A DNA stretch of 64,000 nt from Clostridia bacterium (lineage in GTDB: Bacteria; Bacillota; Clostridia; Christensenellales; CAG-138), in assembly GCA_035561095.1 (NCBI GenBank), contig DATMYE010000004.1, positions 7,675 to 71,674 on the forward strand. The letters are read 5' to 3'. Position numbers and translations under genes: made by a program. Every line of letters starts with the position of its first letter. Position 1 is the stretch's first letter. This document shows, piece after piece, positions 18,001 to 23,298 of this stretch. The notes under the pieces were generated by a model. The model was not told the origin of the DNA, did not search any database, and saw nothing but the letters and a program-made list of their open reading frames with translations.

Positions 18001-20750
18001 CCGACGAAAACGGGGAACTCACCTTCACGCCGGATGCAAACTACAACGGAAGCTTCGAGCTGACCTATCAGATGAAGGACACTGCCGGACTGATCAGCTC
18101 CGCGAAGCTCACCGTGACCATCCATCCAGTCAACGACGCGCCGGTTGCGGACGATCAGAACGTCTCCGCCGTCGAGGACACGCAAAAGACGATCGATGTC
18201 TCCGGCATCATCGGCGATGTGGACGTTGAAACCAATGACGACGTGATCACCGTCAGCGTTACCGACACGGGTAAGCCCGCACACGGAACCGTCAGCGTCT
18301 CCGGCACGGTGCTCACCTATACGCCGGAAGCGGACTACAACGGCACCGACATGATCACCTACACGGTGACCGACGCGAAGGGTCTGAATGACATCGGCAG
18401 GCTGAACATCACGGTAAGCGCAATCAACGATGCGCCTGTCGCGGTGGACGACGAAAAGACCGTGCTTGAAGACAGCACCAACAGCATCTTCGCGCTCGTC
18501 AACGACTACGACGTCGACACCGACGATATGCTCAACGCCGAACCTGCGGAAGCGCCGTACATCCTCTCCGTGACAGACGGCGCGCACGGCACGGCGACCA
18601 CGGACGGAACGAAGATCACCTACACGCCGGATGCGGACTACAACGGCACCGATGCGATCACCTATGTGCTGAGCGACGGGCTGAAGACCGCAGATGCGAC
18701 GATCGATCTTTCAATCACACAGGTCAACGACAGCATCGTGGCCAGGGACGATCTTGCTGCGACCAACGACGAAGAGACGGTCACGGTGGACGCGCTCGGC
18801 AACGACACGGATGTGGACACCGACAAGGCGCTCAACGAAGACGAGCTGCACCTTGTCAGCAGCTTCCGCATCACCGAGGTCGGCACACCGGAACACGGCA
18901 CGGCGCAGATCGTCTCCGGCAAGATCGAGTACACGCCGGAAGACCGCTTTGCGGGCGACGATACCTTCACCTATACCGCTTCGGACGGACACGGCACGAC
19001 TTCGGTTGCAAACGTGACGGTTACGGTCATCAGCGTGAACGATCCGCCGGTGATCAAGGTTGTTTCGAGTCCGAAGGACGGAGACCGCGCAGGCACCGGA
19101 TCGAAGATCACGGTCGAATGGACCGGATTTGACATCGACGGTGACGCGCTGACCTATACCCTCGAGTACTACGACGGCAAGACCTGGCAGCTCATCGACA
19201 AGAACCTGACCGGAACGAAGTATGAGTTCGCGATTCCGGATACGCTCGGCAGCACCGACGGGCTCAAGTTCCGCGTGAACGTGCGCGACAGCGAGTTCAC
19301 GAGCGAATACGGCTACTCCGGCGCGATGAAGGTCGACAAGGATGCGCCGAAGGGTACGGTCGTGACCATGCAGACGGCGGATGGCAAGACCTATACCGCA
19401 GGCACATGGACGAATCAGACCGTGACGGTGGTCGCAGCCAGCGCAGTTGACGCCTCGAAGGTCACCTATTACTACGACATGGACGGCGGTGCCAGCGCGG
19501 CAGCCGCGGGCATGGACGTGACGCAGGGCGTGCACACCGTGAACATCCGCGCGGTGGATGAATACGGCAACAGCACCGTCGTGGGCGCATACCTCGCGCG
19601 CGTAGACAAGCAGCAGCCCGCCGTGCCGGAGATCCGCGAGAGCGTGTCCGGCGGCGCCGTAGTGCTGACGCTCACGCTGAGCGCAGACCCCGGCGGCAGC
19701 GGAAACAACACCCTCATCCTGCCGGACGGCACAACGGCCAAGGCTTCGGGCAGCCCGACCTTCTCCGTGGCCAAGAACGGCACGGTGAACTTCACCCTGA
19801 CCGACATCGCGGGCAACCGCAGGGCGTTTACACACACTGTCGGCACGGTCGACGTCAGCAAACCCCTGATCACGCTCGCTTCCGGCGCGTACCGCACCGG
19901 AACCATCACGCAGGACACGATCTCGGCGATGCTGACCTTCTCGGACGCGGAGAGCGACATCGTCAACCGCGGCTATCAGCTCTCGCAGAGTGCAACGCCC
20001 AGCGGCTCCTACCGCACCTATGACGGTGCGCTGAAGCTCACGGATGCCGGAACCTACTACATCCACGCCTACGCTAAGAATGCGTTCGGGCTCACGACCT
20101 ACGAGACATTCGGCCCGTTCATCATCGAAGCAGTCGAAGCGCCCGCAGCCTCGCCCACGCCCGCGCCGGAGACCGGCGATGTCGTGGTCACCAAGGAGGA
20201 CGTTGAGGAGATTCCGGGCGACACGGTCAAGATCCGTCTGCCCGGCAAGGAGTGGAGCGAAACGCTCACGCTTGAGGACGTTGGCCCCGGCACGTACCTG
20301 ATCGAGGCGATGGACGCGGACGGCAATGTCCGCACGGTTGAAGTGCGCGTGACCATGCGCGATATCTTCGCGCGGTCGCTCCGCTCGGCAGGCGACAACG
20401 TCACGCTGGCGGCGATCCTCGCGATTGTAGCCCTCGCGGCAATCGCGTTTGCGCTGCTGTTCTACAGCTACAACATCACCGTGGTCGTGGTCGGTAAGCG
20501 CGGCGTATCCGAGCAGAAGCTGCGTACATTGCGGCGCATGAAGTTCCGCAAGAAGGAGCTTCTCGTCAAGCTCGACAACAAGTATTTGATTGGCGGCGAA
20601 TTCGCGGACTTCAAGGTCGCAAAGGCACTGAGCAAGAAGATGCGCGGCAACACGATCATTGTGACCTTCCGCGGCGAGGAAGTGCTGCGCGAGACACTTC
20701 CGGAGGACTTTGACGAGTCGTTCCGCCGCAAGATCATGATCGAGCGCTAA
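3045..20750 (+). CDS. Giant (5,901 aa) Sec-exported surface protein with cadherin-like/'tandem-95'-type repeats, a C-terminal TM anchor and a cytoplasmic tail
   Basis: - Uninterrupted 17,706-nt ORF with GGAGG 7 nt upstream of the ATG.
- Signal peptide MLSATMSRIKRFSKRAFRMVLCAMMVFQTLLVPTSALA|AE.
- About 48 modules of 95-105 aa separated by [VI]-N-D-x-P linkers, with DxDxDGD-type acidic loops and NYNGTDSFTYT / HGT motifs.
- TM helix VTLAAILAIVALAAIAFALLFYSY (20400-20471), then a 92-aa basic tail. Confidence 0.93.
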   Translation: MLSATMSRIKRFSKRAFRMVLCAMMVFQTLLVPTSALAAETAFYFRGYGSENINSTTLNYATSGASVSGRDVTISATASEGEAIGLVNLNETGHDISQSVDLGGLEIDFSVVSNVTEEGVGGADNDVPTATIYFCSSADLGSVISSVTLNKADNAVAGSETLSSGAKIPDGTRSIFLSLKGTNKTGNNTVTFTNTSLVIRDAGAPTISADYTKTWTNQDVTVTINAADSDAGLEGIYVNDTRVTGTSPYTFVVSSNNTSFTAYAMDLAGKKSDVASATVDHIDKTTPSAPSSVPLSSSNWTNADVYVLMPALSASTGSPERYVYQIGSSAWATLPDGFAITAEGNTVVRVAVEDEAGNRSAYAQATAKIDKSAPTISNATITSGSSSAKVDVTATDVGLSGIAKFAYAEGTQTADYFTTGGTLISNGTFTVGVGGTYTLFASDIAGNTALKTISITTAPTFDAVSNVTMNEDETKNVPLSISDAESTRSELTVRVSTTNDALLEHVVLNQSDSAISLDITPAANQSGGPVTVTVEVEDPSGQKVSRQFTVTVQAVNDLPVAQNDSGITVNEDNKVEIDVLANDSDLADGDTLSIKSVGDPAHGTTLIVLGKVRYTPAENYAGTDSFTYEVSDGKGGTAQATVSITVNQVNDAPTALADKASTAEDTAVSIDALGNDTDVDFATDAGESISLVSSANGSHGTTEIVGGLIVYTPDADFNGTDTFTYIIEDKAGLTSEATVTVTVAPEADAPRFAKLNTEYTIDEDAKNAEIAFEIYDVETPADSLMLQAATLDSEMLDQTGIAIQGLGDSNVAVKLLLSPVANQHGDVNIKLTLGDGFETVEQTIVVHITNVNDAPRSGADTRTFTEDSAYLDISIAGLLANDSDIDGDTVFFDGLAGAPGSGTIELLNATTLRYTPVADFSGKTSFTYYISDGTARTLATCTLEATGVNDAPTIAITPTEIAGTEDTVVVIPFTIADQESAAADLEVIVASSDDNIVTTDGVTVVNNGDGTGEVQILPSADANGSPSITLTVSDGEAQASDSVKLIIAPTQDAPVAEDDLVYVHYTTSRSFSLLTNDHDVDGDTLTVKSYAAELPGTLTFDIDTQMFTYVPSIGENGISTFTYTITDGKDTDTATVELDVVSETHSPVITAIDSRYVSEDGTLSGIAFSVSDEDIGDTATITVDSGNTTILPEDADHITVTNNGSGNYSLALSPAADQSGTVSVTVTVTDGSSLSDSTTFYLHVIGQNDAPIAVNDAITMNEDGSLTLNLLGNDSDPDGDTIWLSSLSWPSHGYMERTGNTYTYYPYGNWNGTETLTYRVSDGRATAQATAVITVNPVNDDPTAWDDWFEIGNTTGTESANINVLGNDYDVDTGDVIRTYEIVTAPSYGTAVIETNGTITYTRNQISPLGNGADSFVYRIIDRETATGDYRSATATVHIGVEFISTLNTYGTSVYCYEDDAAFNIDIPVSNPTPVTYGLTINTTTTLGTFEVLDNNTVRFTPAPNQNGYASISYTVEQIGGGEKDTGTIWLRVYPVNDLPEITSAPSSVTFDEDASTGTTFDVAFRDADIANEYLYFYVYTQSGTSTSPIPFLVSYSVTRTEAGAKVTVHADQNVNGTGKITIGVSDGMTYTEKTIDLTIRPVDDAPVVNPVAKTINEDSSVTFASPGSDSEADGDSVIYAIDPANMPQHGTATLHDNHTITYVPNANYNGTDTFKVLVTDVTEAALSTAGQVSITVRPINDAPEIRDLSYYQTTLEDTAKDVTLTVSDVDNDMTGSTHYTLTSEDQTLVKNANITISHVSGEQMVIHVVPEANAYGTVKINISASDGSLNAKAAFSLKIVPVNDIPAAVDDTASVNEAVSTGAESTPPKTTVTLNLLTNDSDVEDGKPSVVAVSNVVNATVANIGGGKVLVTADGDFSGTVTFTYTVMDRAGATDTADVTLTVNAVNDPPRAKADSITILEDATPQISVLANDSDPEGDTLSISSVGTPAHGTAQINGTSIDYVPVKDYFGTDSFTYTVSDGNGGTATATVTITIKPVNDAPTVNKHSSTAGDWQMLEDTTQSFNFVVADAESAVNNLIIKITSLDETLIKTTQIQLTTNAAGYKVLTVTPVLNAYGVVDLKITVSDGLLSTEAIYPLMIVSVNDAPVVTAPVQTTKEDTQLHASAYATDAEGDSVTFAKYTDPAHGTVTVSADGSYDYMPAKDYNGEDSFIILADDGKAENHAGYATVYITVKPDNDPPTAQDDSITIDEDTPTTVTVMANDTDQDVPYGDKISLLSVTAPAHGTAVISGDAILYTPAENYNGTDSFTYTITDRDGKTDTATVSVTIRPVNDAPKGGDDTASVLEDHSVDISVTENDDVDETTNPTLEDVTILSVDTPAHGTASISTDKKTITYTPDANWFTPEGAPEVFYYTAKDSSDQTGRFAVTVTVTSVNDLPVITPSDLPNVTTAEDTQTDAITFTVSDIETAAGSLTVTATHLNGVLLPAISVTPNADGTCSFTVLPNANKVGSALITVKVTDADGGQVSDTFTLTVTPVNDVPRPGNDAFTVAETGTYTADVLANDDVDTLSNNGGDTLTLLSIATPQYGTATIVNNKLYYVPKADRDTTANYYDIFTYTMKDASGNECTPTVTVTVTPVNDAPTISAIADVTGILEDAPDGTGDISFNVADEEDDDNTLAVSTASSDTTLFPVSNISITNPTDDPTGSLRTVKVIPAANQYGTATITLTVRDAQGKTATTSFDVTVESVNDVPYNGDRSFTVVEDVEKQLDVLTGIDPDYATVPADITITAIATQPSHGTVRIASDGKSLYYKTAQDSNEPDSFQYTIHDAYGNADYTFTVTITVTPVNDAPVITYLGNATYTIYEGTQQNDIPFNVTDVDNVTDASGTAPVEVTLSAKSSNSILLVNGIHIDTLAGNNRDIDLKPYLKWNGNTTVTITATDPGGLKATASFQLVVNNVNDTPVAVNDSFTIPEDQTSSVNVLGNDTDDDLTTNPATEYIKVKTVTDNDPNAVITKAADGLSVTVVPSANYNGPLSFTYTVEDALGAESNAATVGITVTQVNDAPVTAADTATTNEDTAVDISVLSNDSDIDMQSGLNANPSAESISAVITGTGLTAPGHGSIATDGTKITYTPAANYNGTDTFDYYCSDGDVKTKGTVTVTVKQVNDNPVANTDTVSTNEDTATVEVDVLANDTDVDTGAALNLDVKHLTTDFTITDATVTNASHGSVQIVNNKLKFTPALNWFGVEVVNYTMSDGHGGTASSTLTVTVISVNDLPVFDTAPENMSLTEDGVNGVTTVVVSDIETAAASLAVTVTASSKTSLIATTDVTVTAGAGGTRTITVNPKNDQNGSATITLQVKDGNNAVQTITFVVTVAAVNDTPAAGDKTLNIPEDATLQTVTKTSLTTDADIATNSDVLTLTITTAASHGTASINASGNVTYIPNANFNGVDTFVYTATDLTGAFDTGTFTVNISQVNDAPTTTADTATTNEDTAVDIMVLSNDSDIDMQSGLNANPAAESISAVITGAGLTAPSHGTIATDGTKITYTPAANYNGTDVFDYYCSDGDTQVKGTVTVTIYQVNDNPVAVADTSSTNEDTAKSGIDVLANDTDVDTGSTLNLNELHSKSDFTITAATLTNSAHGSVEIVGNKLNFTPALNWFGTEVVNYTVSDGHGGTANGTLTMTVNPINDLPVYDTEPEDMNLSEDSADGVTTVVVSDIETAAASLAVTVISSTNTSLIATSDVTVTAGTGGTRTITVNPKLNQNGTATITLKVDDLTGGTRTVTFDVTVAAVNDAPVADDHQLNINEDAALQTVLKTILTSDVDIVTNADALTLTISSPASHGTASIDASGNVTYIPTANFNGTDSFTYTATDKEEATDTGTFTINIAQVNDAPVTTADTATTNEDTAVDIGVLTNDSDVDMDAALNAHPESESISVVLTGTGLTAPSHGSIATDGTKITYTPAANYNGTDTFDYYCFDGDVKTKGTVTVTIKQVDDSPAYGPDFATIDEDTATGFIDVMANDTDVDLDPALNQDNLLLRSNFYISAAWVSDAASGTVTRENNQVKFTPAANWFGTAKVYYTLQDGYGASCVGLLTITVNPINDLPVYDTEPEDMNLSEDGADGVTTVVVSDIETAAASLAVTVISSTNTSLIATSDVTVTAGTGGTRTITVNPKLNQNGTATITLQVDDLTSGKRTVTFDVTVASVNDAPVAIDKTLDIDEDAALQTVTKASLTTDVDIATDADALTLTISSPASHGTAGIDANGNVTYIPTSNFNGTDSFEYTATDKFGGVDTGIFTIHVAPLNDAPVTANDSKTTNEDTAVDINVLSNDSDVDMDAALNANPESESISVVLTGTGLTAPAHGTIATDGTKITYTPAANYNGTDTFDYYCSDGDVKTKGTVTVTIKQVNDIPVANPEEATISEDSATDFIDVLANDTDVDLDSALNQDDMLLRSKFYISAASVNISAYGTVELVDNKIKFTPTANWNGVALVYYTLQDGYGMSCSTALRVTVTPVNDLPYSTLPPATQNLTEDGEDGASLFYVNDVETAASLVSVTLKSCSNTTLIPLSAITLEHKGGEGRLITVNPADNRFGDALITLVLEDADGGKSEVTMEVHVSSVNDAPVAQDKTLDLNEDIGKISVAKFALASDVDTITNGDVVTLTISKSALHGTAAIDANGDVTYVPNKDFNGVDSFEYTATDKAGASDSGTFTINLPQVNDAPVVQNDAAMTDEDTAVDIYVLDNDSDVDMDASLNANPEEASITVVITGAGLTAPSHGTIATDGTKITYTPAANYNGTDTFDYYCFDEHVQVKATVTVTIKQVNDNPVANADSTSTDEDTAVSYNVLANDSDVDTVSALNENALHLKSSFTVDSCYFYGGTNGTLAIDGANIVYTPASDFYGTQIIKYVLKDGNGGSSTGTLTVLVGTKNDAPVANADEMSADEDHVASVNVLTNDTDVDTGDTKTFLGFIEPTSGLPGTFTTDENGELTFTPDANYNGSFELTYQMKDTAGLISSAKLTVTIHPVNDAPVADDQNVSAVEDTQKTIDVSGIIGDVDVETNDDVITVSVTDTGKPAHGTVSVSGTVLTYTPEADYNGTDMITYTVTDAKGLNDIGRLNITVSAINDAPVAVDDEKTVLEDSTNSIFALVNDYDVDTDDMLNAEPAEAPYILSVTDGAHGTATTDGTKITYTPDADYNGTDAITYVLSDGLKTADATIDLSITQVNDSIVARDDLAATNDEETVTVDALGNDTDVDTDKALNEDELHLVSSFRITEVGTPEHGTAQIVSGKIEYTPEDRFAGDDTFTYTASDGHGTTSVANVTVTVISVNDPPVIKVVSSPKDGDRAGTGSKITVEWTGFDIDGDALTYTLEYYDGKTWQLIDKNLTGTKYEFAIPDTLGSTDGLKFRVNVRDSEFTSEYGYSGAMKVDKDAPKGTVVTMQTADGKTYTAGTWTNQTVTVVAASAVDASKVTYYYDMDGGASAAAAGMDVTQGVHTVNIRAVDEYGNSTVVGAYLARVDKQQPAVPEIRESVSGGAVVLTLTLSADPGGSGNNTLILPDGTTAKASGSPTFSVAKNGTVNFTLTDIAGNRRAFTHTVGTVDVSKPLITLASGAYRTGTITQDTISAMLTFSDAESDIVNRGYQLSQSATPSGSYRTYDGALKLTDAGTYYIHAYAKNAFGLTTYETFGPFIIEAVEAPAASPTPAPETGDVVVTKEDVEEIPGDTVKIRLPGKEWSETLTLEDVGPGTYLIEAMDADGNVRTVEVRVTMRDIFARSLRSAGDNVTLAAILAIVALAAIAFALLFYSYNITVVVVGKRGVSEQKLRTLRRMKFRKKELLVKLDNKYLIGGEFADFKVAKALSKKMRGNTIIVTFRGEEVLRETLPEDFDESFRRKIMIER
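12222..17201 (+). repeat. Four in-phase tandem copies of a 1,245-bp (415-codon, 4-module) super-repeat inside the giant gene; a partial fifth copy continues to about 17840
   Basis: The homologous string (CAGGTCAAC, CCGCTGAAC or CAGGTGAAC, then GACGC) occurs at 12222, 13467, 14712, 15957 and 17202. The spacing is a constant 1,245 bp. The translated units align without indels. Confidence 0.9.
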
Positions 20751-20768
20751 GCGCGCAGCACAACACAA

Positions 20769-20800
20769 CAAAAACGGGGAGCAGAGGCTCCCCGTTTTTT
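20769..20800. terminator. Bidirectional rho-independent terminator between convergent genes
   Basis: AAAAACGGGGAG-cagagg-CTCCCCGTTTTTTT: an 8-bp GC-rich stem flanked by an A-run and a T-run. Confidence 0.85.
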
Positions 20801-20811
20801 TGTATTCCGAA

Positions 20812-21795
20812 TTATTCCGCTTCAGCGCTGTCCAGATGAATCGCAAACCGACAGACAGGATCGCCCTTGAGCACAGATTGCAGTAACTCCACGCGTAGTT
20901 CACGCCCTAAGATCACCTCGTATGGGTATTTGACAAACCCGCCGCTGCAATAGCACCAATTACCGGAGATTTCCGGCTCGCCGCGCAGAATCGCCTCCCG
21001 CACAAACGGGCAGTGGCAGGCGTAGTAGCGGCGCATGGTATCATCCGTCTCCGCGAGGTATCGCGCGGGATCGTAGGGAATCTTGGTGGTATAGAGCGTG
21101 TCGCCGACCTTTACTGCGGACTGAATCTCCTGATTTGCAGCGATGAAATCCACGACATCCTGCGTGATGACTTGTTCAAACCAGACGGTACCCGCGTCCG
21201 CGTGGCTCTTCAGCGCCTCTACCTGGTTTTTATGCGCGGCGCGCAGATATTCCTCCATCGAGCCGGAGAGCAGATAGAGCTTGCGCTCGTCCTCAAACTC
21301 CTCCGCGGGGATCCGGTGATGGTTTCCCGCGAGCGCGCGACAAACGGTCGACTCCGGCAGTTGCTGTTCCAGCCGCTCCATGAGCGCGCGGGTGAAGGCG
21401 GGATAGTCGGCAGGTTCAGAGCCGAGCGGGGGTTTGGGGAGCGTACCGACGAGTTCTTGTGCAACTTCCGCGCCTTCCAGCAGCGTGAGGCGGTCTGCGA
21501 TGCTTTCAACTACACCGACGGCTCCGAGCAGCGACGTAAAGTAAACATAGATGTCGTTGCGCCCGGTGAGGTAGAAGTATCGTCCCAGTGCAAGCAGCGC
21601 CTCCAGCGTGACGCCGCCGGATTCGATCATGGAGCGAATGTGCGCTCGAATCGGCGGAATACCTGCGGATTCCAGCGTTTCTTCCTGCTCGTGCAGCCGC
21701 TCCTCCAGTGCGCGCACGGCTGCGACCGCTTCGTCCGTCAGCTCAGCAGAGAAGCCACGTTTCTTGTAGTGTTCCCGTAAAACCTGTTCGTTCAT
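20812..21795 (-). CDS. Hypothetical 327-aa protein with a C-terminal Cys-motif domain (CHC..CYC..C)
   Basis: ATG at 21795 is preceded by GGGAGGG, whereas the longer track ORF start at 22029 lacks an RBS. The C-terminus reads YYACHCPF...NWCYCSGGF...GDPVCRFAIHL. The function was not recognised. Confidence 0.7.
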   Translation of the reverse strand: MNEQVLREHYKKRGFSAELTDEAVAAVRALEERLHEQEETLESAGIPPIRAHIRSMIESGGVTLEALLALGRYFYLTGRNDIYVYFTSLLGAVGVVESIADRLTLLEGAEVAQELVGTLPKPPLGSEPADYPAFTRALMERLEQQLPESTVCRALAGNHHRIPAEEFEDERKLYLLSGSMEEYLRAAHKNQVEALKSHADAGTVWFEQVITQDVVDFIAANQEIQSAVKVGDTLYTTKIPYDPARYLAETDDTMRRYYACHCPFVREAILRGEPEISGNWCYCSGGFVKYPYEVILGRELRVELLQSVLKGDPVCRFAIHLDSAEAE

Positions 21796-22183
21796 GCGAT
21801 GCCCTCCCGTCGAAAAAGAAAGGATGTTCCGATCACGGAAGACTAGATGTTTCGTTGATTTGATTATAGTTGAGTTAGCGCGCTGCTTCAACTGCGGGTG
21901 GCGAAGAAATCGCATCACTTGACACTGTGTTGATCTTCGTTTGAATATTTCTTGAGAAATGCCTGCTACAATCCGAATCGTAGCATGAAAAAGTGCCAAA
22001 ATAGGCGCATTTTCCGCAAACGATGGCAAAGAAGCGCAGCTTCATAGAAAAGACGTAAAGTTGTCGGCAAATCGTTGGTTTTCCGTAAAACCCGCGTAAC
22101 AATATGCCGGTATGATAGTAGCATAAGAATTTGAACAGACACGCGGCAAGCGCCGCAGGACCATGAAAGCGAGGCAATTTCTG

Positions 22184-23233
22184 ATGAAACGAGTATATAT
22201 GATCACCGGCATCGGCGGACATCTGGGCAACACCGTCGCGCGGGAGCTTCTCGCCGCGGGCGAAACCGTGCGCGGCTTTGCGCAGCCCAACGAGGACGTT
22301 ACGATGCTCTACGGCGACGCGGTGTCCATCGTGCGCGGCGACGTGCGGGACAAATCTTCGATGGAGCCGCTGTTCTACGGGCTCAAACCTGAGGATGAGG
22401 TCTACTTCATCCACTGCGCGGGCATCGTCTCCGTCGCGTCCAAGTATGACCAGCGGGTCGTCGACGTCAACGTCCACGGCACGGACAACGTCGTGAGCCT
22501 CTGCAAGGAGCACAACGTCAAAAAGCTCGTCTACATCAGCTCAGTGCATGCGTTGCCGGAGCTTCCGCACGGCAACACCATCCACGAGGTTGAAGGCTTT
22601 CAGGCGGAGGCCGTCATCGGTCTCTACGCCAAGACGAAGGCCGCCGCGACGCAGATTGTGCTGGACGCGGCAAGAGCTGGCCTCGACGCCACGATCATCC
22701 ATCCCTCCGGCATCATCGGCCCCAACGATTACGGTCACGGACACCTGACGCAGATGGTCATCAGCTACCTCAACGGCTCGCTAACGGCGTGCGTCGAGGG
22801 CGGATATGACTTCGTGGATGTGCGGGATGTCGCAGATGGCGTCATCGCGGCGACGGAGAAGGGCAAAAAGGGCGAGTGCTATATCCTCTCCAACCGCTAT
22901 ATTCCCGTGCGGGAGCTACTCAACACGCTCTCCCGCGTGACCGGCGGCAAGACGATTAAGACCGTGCTTCCGCTGTGGTTTGCAAAGATGACCGCACCGC
23001 TTGCGGAGCTTTACTACAAGATCCGCCATGAATCCCCGCTCTTTACGCGCTACACGCTGTACACGCTGACCAGCAACGCGCGCTTCACCAACGAGAAGGC
23101 GCGCCGCGACCTCGGCTACAAGCCGCGCGACATCAGCGCGACGATTCGGGACACGGTCGCGTTCCTCAACAAGGAGCGCAAGAACGTCCTGCACAAGCGC
23201 GGCGGGCACAAGCCCGTGCCGGCGATGGGCTGA
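22184..23233 (+). CDS. NAD(P)-dependent epimerase/dehydratase family (extended SDR) protein
   Basis: Carries the Rossmann motif ITGIGGHLG and a catalytic YAKTK (YxxxK). The start is ambiguous (22163, 22184 or 22199). 22184 has GAGG 9 nt upstream. Confidence 0.85.
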   Translation: MKRVYMITGIGGHLGNTVARELLAAGETVRGFAQPNEDVTMLYGDAVSIVRGDVRDKSSMEPLFYGLKPEDEVYFIHCAGIVSVASKYDQRVVDVNVHGTDNVVSLCKEHNVKKLVYISSVHALPELPHGNTIHEVEGFQAEAVIGLYAKTKAAATQIVLDAARAGLDATIIHPSGIIGPNDYGHGHLTQMVISYLNGSLTACVEGGYDFVDVRDVADGVIAATEKGKKGECYILSNRYIPVRELLNTLSRVTGGKTIKTVLPLWFAKMTAPLAELYYKIRHESPLFTRYTLYTLTSNARFTNEKARRDLGYKPRDISATIRDTVAFLNKERKNVLHKRGGHKPVPAMG

Positions 23234-23250
23234 TCGATCCAACCAACCAG

Positions 23251-23290
23251 AAAACCCCGACGCGTTCTGTGCGCCGGGGTTCTTTTTTTC
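23251..23290. terminator. Rho-independent terminator between convergent genes
   Basis: Stem AACCCCG / CGGGGTT followed by CTTTTTTT. Confidence 0.65.
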
Positions 23291-23298
23291 TGCATTTG

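Noticed and set aside
3579-20903. Very long antisense ORFs opposite the giant gene: 3579-6635 (1,018 aa), 6669-9233 (854 aa), 10170-11777, 12408-16139 (1,243 aa), 17313-18587 and 18711-20903. Many same-strand alternative-frame ORFs were also seen.
   Set aside because: Their translations are low-complexity R/D/V/G/A strings with no motifs and no RBS. The sense frame is dominated by GAC, ACC, GTC, GCG and ACG codons. Their reverse complements rarely give stops in a high-GC gene, so long open antisense frames are expected by chance. The sense frame has an unmistakable domain structure.
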